From assembly GCA_965657355.1 (NCBI GenBank), contig CBFHOE010000001.1, positions 474,875 to 497,561 on the forward strand: DNA of 22,687 nucleotides, read 5' to 3'. Every line of letters begins with the position of its first letter. Position 1 is the stretch's first letter. Of this stretch, positions 10,706-19,037 are shown piece by piece. The notes under the pieces were generated by a model. That model had not been told where the DNA came from and did no database searches. It saw only the letters and a program-made list of their open reading frames with translations. The stretch is from Limisphaerales bacterium. GTDB lineage: Bacteria > Verrucomicrobiota > Verrucomicrobiia > Limisphaerales > JAJOIW01. The translations under genes were made by a program, and so were the position numbers.

Positions 10706-12010
10706 TTAACTAAATAGCTCGAGGATAGGAAGCCCATTATCTGTGATGGGAACCGGGCGATCTCCAGAGTAAATTGATTCGCTGTAGTCAATTCCCAAAG
10801 CATGGTGGATAGTGGCGTGAAAATCTGGGATGGACACGGGCCTCTCAATCGCCACCTGTGATTTCTCATCAGTCTTTCCAATAACTTGTCCAGTTTTTAA
10901 TCCACCACCGGCAAACACCATAGAAAATGATTTTGACCAGTGCCCTCTTCCACCTGCACCATCGAATCCAATGGGGCGACCAAATTCGGTGGCCACAACG
11001 ACAAGAGTTTTTTCAAGTAGGTTATGAGATTCCAGGTCATCGACCAGAGCTGCTAACGCGTTATCAAGTGACGAGATCAGATGGTGTTGATTCAATTGGC
11101 CACCTTTGTGTGTATCCCAGCCAGTTCCATTAATGAAATTGAGATTGAATGAAACCTCACTGAATCTCACACCCCTTTGAATTAACCGACGAGCCAAGAG
11201 ACATCTTTGGCCAAATTCATCACCGAATGCGTCTCGAGTTGTTTGTTTTTCTTTATCAAGTTGGAAGGCCTTCATGAAATCGCCGCCAGAGAGTTCCAAC
11301 GCATTCTGCTGGGATTCCATATAATCATTTATAGACTTTTCATTATCAATTCCCTTCGAGTAGATGGAATTTAATCGGTTGAGAAGGTCTTTTCGGCGGT
11401 CGGAACGTGTTTTCGAAATGAAAGAAGGATTGGCCAAAGCTAATGGCCCTTTTTCAGTATCAGTGAGATAGATAAATGAATGCTTGGGCCCCAGGAATCC
11501 CGGCCCCCTCATAATGCTTGGGTAACCGATAACGACATAAGGTGGAATTTTGTTATCAAGAGCTCCTTTTTGATGAGCGACCAGACTTCCGATGGACGGA
11601 TAAGTAAGTGTTCCTGTCGTTTTCCTTCCAGTATGAACGAAGTTGTTGGCTGCGGAATGCTCGTCGATGATATTGTGATAGCAGGTACGGACAGGGGCGA
11701 ACTTTTCCATCCTATCGGCACACATCCTCAGGTGTTCACACACCTCTATCCCCTCGATCGAGGTTTTAATGGAAGGGTAAGCAGATCCAGCTTTTCGTTC
11801 TTTAGGGTTGCCCAGTGCTTTTGGGTCCCAGGTGTCGGCCTGGCAAGCTCCACCTCCTAACCAAAGGTAAATGACATGCTCGGCTTTGCCTTTTGAAATT
11901 CGATCGAGCCCAGGCACCTGTGACTCATTTGCAATCAGCGGATTTATCATGCCCGAAGCCAAAAGAGCCCCGGAAGTCTGCTTTAAAAAGTGTCTGCGAG
12001 TTTGTTTCAC
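10706..12010 (-). CDS. DUF1501 domain protein (alkaline-phosphatase/sulfatase-like fold), Tat-exported
   Basis: Twin-arginine signal MKQTRRHFLK; VIYLWLGGG..Q.DTWDPK; YPSIGS; FGQRCLLARRLIQRGVRF; GWDTH; TLVVVATEFGR; FAGGGLKTGQVIGKTD; DFHATIHHALGID. GTG start in a GTGA overlap with the upstream stop. Confidence 0.93.
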   Translation of the reverse strand: MKQTRRHFLKQTSGALLASGMINPLIANESQVPGLDRISKGKAEHVIYLWLGGGACQADTWDPKALGNPKERKAGSAYPSIKTSIEGIEVCEHLRMCADRMEKFAPVRTCYHNIIDEHSAANNFVHTGRKTTGTLTYPSIGSLVAHQKGALDNKIPPYVVIGYPSIMRGPGFLGPKHSFIYLTDTEKGPLALANPSFISKTRSDRRKDLLNRLNSIYSKGIDNEKSINDYMESQQNALELSGGDFMKAFQLDKEKQTTRDAFGDEFGQRCLLARRLIQRGVRFSEVSFNLNFINGTGWDTHKGGQLNQHHLISSLDNALAALVDDLESHNLLEKTLVVVATEFGRPIGFDGAGGRGHWSKSFSMVFAGGGLKTGQVIGKTDEKSQVAIERPVSIPDFHATIHHALGIDYSESIYSGDRPVPITDNGLPILELFS

Positions 12011-15000
12011 GGAAGAAAAATAAATTCTATTGAGTTAATGAGTGACCATATGACATCCTCGTAATTCTCTCGCCAGTGAGATTGTAATATCTCTGTGGGT
12101 GGATCCCCTCTCTGGGCTCTCTTTTCAACCTCAAGTTTGATATCTGTTGCTTTGGCGTTGAGGTGGTTGGACCAACTAAGGAGTGAACTCGGATCAAAGG
12201 TTGTTTGTGGGTCGGGAATGTCTCGTGTAAGAATTCTTTGTTCAAATCCTTCAGCAAGTAAGCTCCCAATGACTCCCTTTTCTTCTTCATTTGGGTATCT
12301 GGTGAGTATTTGGATATAAAGCTTTTCTACTAGTTCCTGGACCGTATTTGATTCCAATGCGATTCTCATCCATTCAGAATCATTGGTCACTGTGATGGTC
12401 CGGGCATTTATAAATTGGCTATTCGCCATGCTGGCTGGTTGAAGTGAGTTTGGTGATTGGTCACGCTCGGAAATTGGGTTTTGGCGTGTCTCTCTCCATC
12501 CAAAGATTTTCATGAAATCGACAATCTCTTGGGTTCGAGGCATAGACAAAGCCGGGCGGTCACGATCATTGGATAAACCAGTGAATTCCCACGCCTTTCT
12601 GGGGTATCCTAAATTTAGGAAGACATTGGGCAAGCGTTTGCCATCATTGTCCAGGGTGAGTCTTTCTGATTTCATTTTTCTTCCCGAAACGTGAAGTGTA
12701 GAGTCGACAATCTGTTCTGCAGACATCCTTCTTCGTATACCCACCCCAAAGGCAAAATCATTTTCTGAGGAATTTTTATCAGGGTTTGAGAATCCTCTTT
12801 GATAGGCGTTCGACCGGAAGATTAACTGAGCCAGATATTTTATATCAAAATTGTTTTTTATAAATTCCAAGGCAAGCCAGTCCAGGAGTTCTGGATGAGT
12901 TGGATTTGCATCTTGCCAATCATCAACCGGTTCGATAATTCCTCTTCCAATATATTTCTTCCAAAGTCTGTTTACAAAAACCCTGGAGATTGTGAAGGCA
13001 TTTTCTTCTGTTAAAATCCCTGATAAGCGTTCTCTCTGGTTTTCATAAGTGCCTCCATTGTTAAGTCGCTGGTTTGTTTTGGAATGACTATTATCTAGTC
13101 CTAGTGACCAATGAGGCGGTATGATATCTCCCGGTTTCAGGCTGGCCTCAATTTGAGATTCCAATTCCCCGCCTTTTTCAAGAGGTACAGAACTGGATGC
13201 CGGAAGCTTAATCGGTTTTTGATTTAGTAATGAAGCAAAGCCGAATAAATCTTTCTGGGTGAAATCATGAAATGGAGCATCATGACATCTGGCACAGGAC
13301 AAATTTTTGGCCAGAAAGGCCTGACTTAAAATTTGTGCTTTATCAGCCATTGGAACATCGTTCTGCGTGGCAATGCCAAAGCCTGAAGGACCACCGCCAA
13401 AAGTGCTGCCATCCATCAGGACAATCTCCCTGATAAATTGATCCAAAGGTTTGTTATCTAAAAAACTTTCTCTGATCCAATATCGAAATGGTCCCGTATT
13501 ATTTAATGTAGGTTTTAAAATGGCTGGATTTTCGGCAAGAACGTCCTGCCAGTAGGATACCCAATTGTCAGCCCATTCCTCTTTGTTTATATATCTATTA
13601 ATTGCTTTGCGCCTTCTTTCTGAACTTGGCCAATTGAGATATTCGGAGACTTCCTTTCTAGTGGGAGGAACCCCAATGGCATCCATACTCAATCTTCGGA
13701 TGAACGATAGATCATCAACTGGATGACTAGGTTGTTGATTGAAAGTTTCCAGTTGGGATTGGATGAAACGATCGATAGGTGTCACAACCTGGCTCCAATC
13801 TTTAACCTCGGGAACGTACCGTTTCTCTGCGTGTTGTTCTAAAGTAATATCAAGAATACGTCGATGGCGATCCACCATTATCGCAGCCTGGTGGGTCTTG
13901 AATTTCGCTCTCCGAGCTGTGGTATTGTAATCAGTAAATTGTTTCCGTAACCTTTCACTTGAAGATTTCCAACCAGAGTCTGAGATTGTCCACATCTCAT
14001 TTGAGGGCGTGATTATCTGGTGTTGATTTGTATCTCTATCAATTTTTACAAGTGCAATTTCACCGGTTTCCACTGGAAGCCTGGAACCTCCAAGGATGGA
14101 CTCCATTGTGAATTGATATATTCCAGTTTTCTTTGCCTCGAATTTTAGGAAACTATCTTTGTGACCTATGGATGGGTAGCGTAAGTTTTCCGGGTAACCC
14201 AGTGGGATCTCACCAACTTCACCATGGCCATCTGCACTACCGCTGATGAATGGATTAGATCCAACCAATTCGCCATTAATGAAAAGTCGAGACCCATTGA
14301 GAGATCTTAGTAATAATTCGTGGGTTCCTTTTTCTATCCGAATGGCACCAGAAAACCTGAGAAGAACTGGGCCTTCTCTGTCCAATCGAAGACCTTTTTG
14401 GGAATACTTCTCTGGGAGATCATCTAACGCAAAGAATGGGATTCTATGTTCTTCATTTGACTTCTTTGGAGGCTCGAATCCCCAGCTCTTATTGACTGGA
14501 ATATTTTCAAATATTTCGAGCAGTATTTCTGACTGAGGTAAATCTTTTATTGGACGAACGATTGTCGTTGGTTTCCAGTTGTAACGAGAGGCGATTTGTT
14601 CAGAGGTAAGATAGACTCTATGGATGGCTACTGAATCCATCTTCCCAACAAATCTATTTGAAGGATTGTCACCATTCCCTCCTCCAATGAAAATCGAATC
14701 ATTATCGGTGACAGGGGCAAAGGTGGTTTTTCCTCCCATATCCCAAACTCCCGATCGATTTTTCCCATCTATGTATCCCCTAATCGAATCGGGCTTACCA
14801 AATTGATAAGTAATCGCCACATGGTGCCATCCAGATCCAAGCGCAAAACCAAAATCAGATGTCCATCTATGCCAGAGCTTATCTAAACTCTCCCCGACAT
14901 CATTTTTAGTTCTAGAGTCCCTAAACAAAAAACTTATAGCTGCTCTACCTTTGGAATTCGCCAACCTTATCGCGTAATTTTGATTGCTGTTCGAGAATGC

Positions 15001-15378
15001 CTTATTGCCAGAACGACCCTTTCCAAGAATGTAAGCGTAGCTGCCGGGTTGTAGGCTTTTCACATTGACCCAGGCTTCTAAACTGATGCTATCCCCGTTT
15101 GTAAAATCAAACTGACTCCCGTCACCGGGATCAGAAATAGCTATTAGTTCTTTTGATTTTCCAAATGTTCTTGCCAGATTTTTTGAATGAAAATTTGAGT
15201 GGATTGGTGGTCTGGGGCCTTCAGTTATTGCCTCTTTTGTCTCGATTCCTTTTTGCAACTCAAAACCCAAAAATAATACCCCATCTACTGGCGGCGACGT
15301 CTGAGTTTTCGCTGGAAGCAGGATGATAAGGAAAAACAGAAAAAGGCAAATTCGAAAATTTTCTGAATAAACTCTCAT
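12007..15378 (-). CDS. Exported multidomain protein: LamG/ConA-like + PA14-like + DUF1549 + DUF1553, with one CxxCH motif
   Basis: Signal peptide. LamG-like FDFTNGDSISLEAWV...WHHVAITY...FVGKMDSVAI. PA14-like LRFSGAIRIEKGTHELLLRSLNGSRLFINGELV. DUF1549 PIDRFI, FIRRLSMDAIGVPPT, WQDVLAENP, SCARCHDAPF. DUF1553 VFVNRLWKKYIGRGIIEPVDD, PTHPELLDWLA.EF, RRMSAEQIVDS and C-terminal WSLINSIEFIF. Confidence 0.9.
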   Translation of the reverse strand: MRVYSENFRICLFLFFLIILLPAKTQTSPPVDGVLFLGFELQKGIETKEAITEGPRPPIHSNFHSKNLARTFGKSKELIAISDPGDGSQFDFTNGDSISLEAWVNVKSLQPGSYAYILGKGRSGNKAFSNSNQNYAIRLANSKGRAAISFLFRDSRTKNDVGESLDKLWHRWTSDFGFALGSGWHHVAITYQFGKPDSIRGYIDGKNRSGVWDMGGKTTFAPVTDNDSIFIGGGNGDNPSNRFVGKMDSVAIHRVYLTSEQIASRYNWKPTTIVRPIKDLPQSEILLEIFENIPVNKSWGFEPPKKSNEEHRIPFFALDDLPEKYSQKGLRLDREGPVLLRFSGAIRIEKGTHELLLRSLNGSRLFINGELVGSNPFISGSADGHGEVGEIPLGYPENLRYPSIGHKDSFLKFEAKKTGIYQFTMESILGGSRLPVETGEIALVKIDRDTNQHQIITPSNEMWTISDSGWKSSSERLRKQFTDYNTTARRAKFKTHQAAIMVDRHRRILDITLEQHAEKRYVPEVKDWSQVVTPIDRFIQSQLETFNQQPSHPVDDLSFIRRLSMDAIGVPPTRKEVSEYLNWPSSERRRKAINRYINKEEWADNWVSYWQDVLAENPAILKPTLNNTGPFRYWIRESFLDNKPLDQFIREIVLMDGSTFGGGPSGFGIATQNDVPMADKAQILSQAFLAKNLSCARCHDAPFHDFTQKDLFGFASLLNQKPIKLPASSSVPLEKGGELESQIEASLKPGDIIPPHWSLGLDNSHSKTNQRLNNGGTYENQRERLSGILTEENAFTISRVFVNRLWKKYIGRGIIEPVDDWQDANPTHPELLDWLALEFIKNNFDIKYLAQLIFRSNAYQRGFSNPDKNSSENDFAFGVGIRRRMSAEQIVDSTLHVSGRKMKSERLTLDNDGKRLPNVFLNLGYPRKAWEFTGLSNDRDRPALSMPRTQEIVDFMKIFGWRETRQNPISERDQSPNSLQPASMANSQFINARTITVTNDSEWMRIALESNTVQELVEKLYIQILTRYPNEEEKGVIGSLLAEGFEQRILTRDIPDPQTTFDPSSLLSWSNHLNAKATDIKLEVEKRAQRGDPPTEILQSHWRENYEDVIWSLINSIEFIFLP

Positions 15379-15482
15379 TCTAGATTAATGTGGTTAATTG
15401 AAGGTTTAAATCATGCTATAAAGGTTGATTGGCAAAAGCAATTTTCTTATGTGGTTTACCTTAATAAATTCGTATTTTTATC

Positions 15483-15510
15483 TTGCCAAATGTGACGCTG
15501 TTGGCATTAT
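15483..15510 (+). promoter_or_regulatory. Putative sigma70 promoter of tRNA-Arg (-35 TTGCCA, extended -10 TG-n-CATTAT)
   Basis: TTGCCA at 15483-15488, a 16-bp spacer, then CATTAT at 15505-15510 preceded by TG, ending 16 bp upstream of the tRNA. Confidence 0.5.
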
Positions 15511-15526
15511 TGCGACCCCTTATGGG

Positions 15527-15603
<77 letters not shown>

Positions 15604-15678
15604 CTTTTTGATTTCTTCCAAAAATAATACCTTCGACCTTCTCTTTATCCTTTCAATAGTTTTAGTTACTTTCTTCTC

Positions 15679-16470
15679 ATGCAAGGTAGTAGACACCCGC
15701 TTCCTGGAATTAAGCAATTTCGTTTAGATGGCAAAGTGGCTCTTATCACAGGAGGGTCAAAAGGACTCGGCTCGGCTATTGCCGAAGGTTTGGCATCAGC
15801 TGGTGCCAGTGTCGTATTGGTTAGTCGAACAAAAAGTGAGGCCAGAAGAGAGGCTGAAATTATTTCCAGCCTGTACAACGTAAGAACAATGGGAATCAAG
15901 GCGGATGTGACGAAATCTGAGGAGACCCAATTAATGGTTGATGAAACCGTCGGGCAACTAGGATCTTTGGATATTTTGATTAATAGTGCCGGTATCAACA
16001 TAAGAGGCTCAATCGAAGAATTAAGCGATAATGAATTTAAAGATGTCATGGATGTTAACGTCAATGGTACTTGGTTAAGCACAAAAGCCGCGGTCCCCAT
16101 TATGAAAAAAAATGGATGGGGTCGCATTGTAAATATGGCTAGTGCTTTAGGGCTTGTTGGATTGGCAAATCGCACCCCATATACTTCGAGTAAGGGGGCT
16201 ATAACTCAAATGACAAAGGCATTGGCTCTGGAGCTTGCGAAGACGGGTGTTACCGTTAACTCAATTTGCCCAGGCCCCTTTCTCACCGATATGAACAAGC
16301 CGATAGCTGAGACTGAGGAGGGAAAGAAATTTATTGTCGGCGCTACGGCGTTTGAGCGATGGGGAGAAGTAAAAGAGATCCAAGGTGCTGCCATTTTTCT
16401 AGCCAGTGAAGCAGCGAGTTACATTACCGGGACTAATCTCGTTGTCGATGGTGGGTGGACTGCTCGCTGA
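15679..16470 (+). CDS. Classical short-chain dehydrogenase/reductase (gluconate 5-dehydrogenase/KduD-like)
   Basis: TGGSKGLG cofactor motif, LINSAG, NMAS, catalytic YTSSK, VNSICPGPFLTDMN and YITGTNLVVDGG. Substrate cannot be determined from the sequence. Confidence 0.93.
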   Translation: MQGSRHPLPGIKQFRLDGKVALITGGSKGLGSAIAEGLASAGASVVLVSRTKSEARREAEIISSLYNVRTMGIKADVTKSEETQLMVDETVGQLGSLDILINSAGINIRGSIEELSDNEFKDVMDVNVNGTWLSTKAAVPIMKKNGWGRIVNMASALGLVGLANRTPYTSSKGAITQMTKALALELAKTGVTVNSICPGPFLTDMNKPIAETEEGKKFIVGATAFERWGEVKEIQGAAIFLASEAASYITGTNLVVDGGWTAR

Positions 16471-16617
16471 ATCATCCCCCAAATTGGAGCCATGATAATG
16501 GGTGCTTTAATTACAAAATGAGCTATCCCCATAAATTTAGAATAGTCAGATTTCACCGTGTTAAGTCTATCAACTAGCGCTTACAAAAACTCCGCAGCTG
16601 CATGGGGGGGTGTCACT

Positions 16618-18855
16618 TTAATTTTTCGTCGAGATGGCCGTAGAATTGGGGCCAACCTTAATCTTGAAGCCATTTGAAAAGGTGACTTCTATCGAATTTC
16701 GGCCAAAATTATGTGCAGCATATGACAATTTACCATTTTTATTGTATATGTTCACAAATGGATATGGGGAAGTAATTTGGGAGTCTACCTGACCAAACCT
16801 ATCGAGTGTACCAACCCAATGATCCATAAACGCCCTTGAATTCCCACTTTCAATTTTGCACTCTGGCTCGGAGTCCAAATGCGCGATGGCTGGTGCTGGG
16901 TCATGGAGCGCGCCAAACATTAAAACGAGGTCTCCCCAGTCCGTATTAAAGTCTTTACCACCTTTTCTCTTGGAGAGGATCATATCAAAATTTTTCTTCA
17001 CATAACTTGGGTGTCTTCCCAAGTGTATTGACGCCGGGGTGAAAGGTAACCAATTGATTCCATGAATAAAATCAATTTCCCCAGAGAACCAGGTTTGAAA
17101 TGCCCCTTTTCCACCCCAGATCATGCCAAGCGCCATGTGGGGGAAATCTTTTGGGTAATTGGTTTCTGAAACATCTAACCAATACTCTTCGATTGACATC
17201 CTTTCTGTATTGAACAAGGCAATACCCAGATCACGGATGGCTTGATCGTGAGTGATTTCGCCCCACAGAATCATTCCATACCAGGCATTGAGAGATTCGG
17301 ATGAGGATTCCTGGTTGTTACCATCTGCGAAGTTGGCATCGCCAGAGGCCCAAGAATGTCCCGCATATCTATCGAAGCACCTTAGGTAAGGAAACATCTT
17401 GTCACTGCGGTTTGGTGAAGCGATATCCCTTATTAATAAATTAACCATCGGTCCCCATTTTTTTGCCCAGTTGGGATCCATGCGTGCAATCTCGGCAGCG
17501 GCTCGTATATAATAACCGTAATGAAAATGGTGATCATTTATAGGCATATCACTTCCATAACCCGGACGACTCCCGATCAAAGTTCCCCAATTTTGATCAT
17601 AATAAAAAACTGGTTGCTGCTTCTCGGGAGTCGCTGAAAGCCAATTCTCTAGCCGTTTTTTGATTTCATCGAGAAATACTTTTTGTAATCGTTTCGAACC
17701 CGTGGCTTCTGCCGTCCCGCTCAGGTTCGCCAAATTTCCCAAATACTTTCCTTCCCAATATGTATCTGCATAATCTTTTCTAAACTTGAAAGCTTCATTC
17801 TCCAAAAGACCGATCATAGTATTTTTGTCTCTAATTCCAGAGCTTGGTAACAAAGGGAGAACGCCCTGGATTGGAATGGATGTTATAAACCCGTTGCCTA
17901 TTGCTACCTTCATTTTTCCCCTGACTGAATCGTACGACATCTCAGTAAGTTTAGATTGTGTATATTTCCACTGATGTGGATATAAGGAATAAATTGACTG
18001 CTTTTCATTGCCTTCTTTGGCTTCGCATATAATTTGATAATTTGCGGTTACTTCTCCACCCTCGACAACCCAGTCCACTCTCGTCTCGGTGACATGCGCG
18101 TGAGCATATTTTCCAAATAGTCTCAGCGTCTCGATTTTATTATCTGGGAGTACGGCAATCGAAAAATGGGAACCTTGTCTGTCTTTGTTTGTCAAGGTGG
18201 CACTACCTATGCCTTCCCAATTTGAACCTTTTGATCCGAATATTCCGTAATGATGTCCATTAATTGAAAGGCCAATAACAGAACCTCCATCATAACCACT
18301 CCAAATATTTGGCCTGGATGTGAAACGGATCACTGGATCTCCTCCTTCGATGATTCCATAAACGTATGGACTGCCATGACCAAAACTTGTCTTAAGTGAT
18401 TTTTCATCAACTTGGTAAGCAGCAGTAACAAACCAATCAGAGTATCCGTCACAGTTGGCCTCCGGGAAAATGGAAACCTCCGAGTGATGAATTTTGAGAT
18501 CGCCTTTTACCAGATCTGCATTGCCAAAGATCCCCACTTCATTGCCGTAAATGTGGCCTCCTTGATAACCAACTGTTAGACCATCAGCATCGCATCGCAT
18601 GAAGGCTGGGTGAGCAAACATATTTTGGGAATATTTTTGCCAAATGAGTGAACTCCACCACTGACCGGTCAAAGTCGGGCCAGCGATTTTTGATGTCCTG
18701 TAAATGTTTTCAGGCAATTTTTTGCAATGAGATGGAACTTCTGTCCTATATCCACCGGCACCAAGAAAGACCACCGGTTCACAATGCGCAAAATCATAAA
18801 AACAAATTGAGGTTATTAAAATTGTTACCAATCTGAAGCTCATAAATTTATTCAT
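16618..18855 (-). CDS. Secreted endo-1,3-beta-glucanase (laminarinase), glycoside hydrolase family 81
   Basis: Signal peptide; TGQWWSSL; HGSPYVY; LYPHQWK; DTYWEGKYLG; YYDQNWGTLIG; catalytic-region motifs INDHHFHYGY, RCFDRYAGHSWASG and GNNQESSSE; HGINWLP. Confidence 0.92.
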   Translation of the reverse strand: MNKFMSFRLVTILITSICFYDFAHCEPVVFLGAGGYRTEVPSHCKKLPENIYRTSKIAGPTLTGQWWSSLIWQKYSQNMFAHPAFMRCDADGLTVGYQGGHIYGNEVGIFGNADLVKGDLKIHHSEVSIFPEANCDGYSDWFVTAAYQVDEKSLKTSFGHGSPYVYGIIEGGDPVIRFTSRPNIWSGYDGGSVIGLSINGHHYGIFGSKGSNWEGIGSATLTNKDRQGSHFSIAVLPDNKIETLRLFGKYAHAHVTETRVDWVVEGGEVTANYQIICEAKEGNEKQSIYSLYPHQWKYTQSKLTEMSYDSVRGKMKVAIGNGFITSIPIQGVLPLLPSSGIRDKNTMIGLLENEAFKFRKDYADTYWEGKYLGNLANLSGTAEATGSKRLQKVFLDEIKKRLENWLSATPEKQQPVFYYDQNWGTLIGSRPGYGSDMPINDHHFHYGYYIRAAAEIARMDPNWAKKWGPMVNLLIRDIASPNRSDKMFPYLRCFDRYAGHSWASGDANFADGNNQESSSESLNAWYGMILWGEITHDQAIRDLGIALFNTERMSIEEYWLDVSETNYPKDFPHMALGMIWGGKGAFQTWFSGEIDFIHGINWLPFTPASIHLGRHPSYVKKNFDMILSKRKGGKDFNTDWGDLVLMFGALHDPAPAIAHLDSEPECKIESGNSRAFMDHWVGTLDRFGQVDSQITSPYPFVNIYNKNGKLSYAAHNFGRNSIEVTFSNGFKIKVGPNSTAISTKN

Positions 18856-19037
18856 ATACTATGTAATGTCATCATTAAGTAAAATGTGGATCCCCATTCT
18901 CATGTTGTAAAAAACGCTATGAGTCGTGCCCCAGAATTGGGTTTCTACCTGTCACACCGTTGAATTATGATGCCAACCCTCAATAAGTTACCTACCGAAA
19001 TTGGAGGATTTAAAACAGAATTCAAACAAAGTATGCA

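Noticed and set aside
15666..16175. 169-aa minus-strand ORF
   Set aside because: It is an antisense shadow of the SDR gene.
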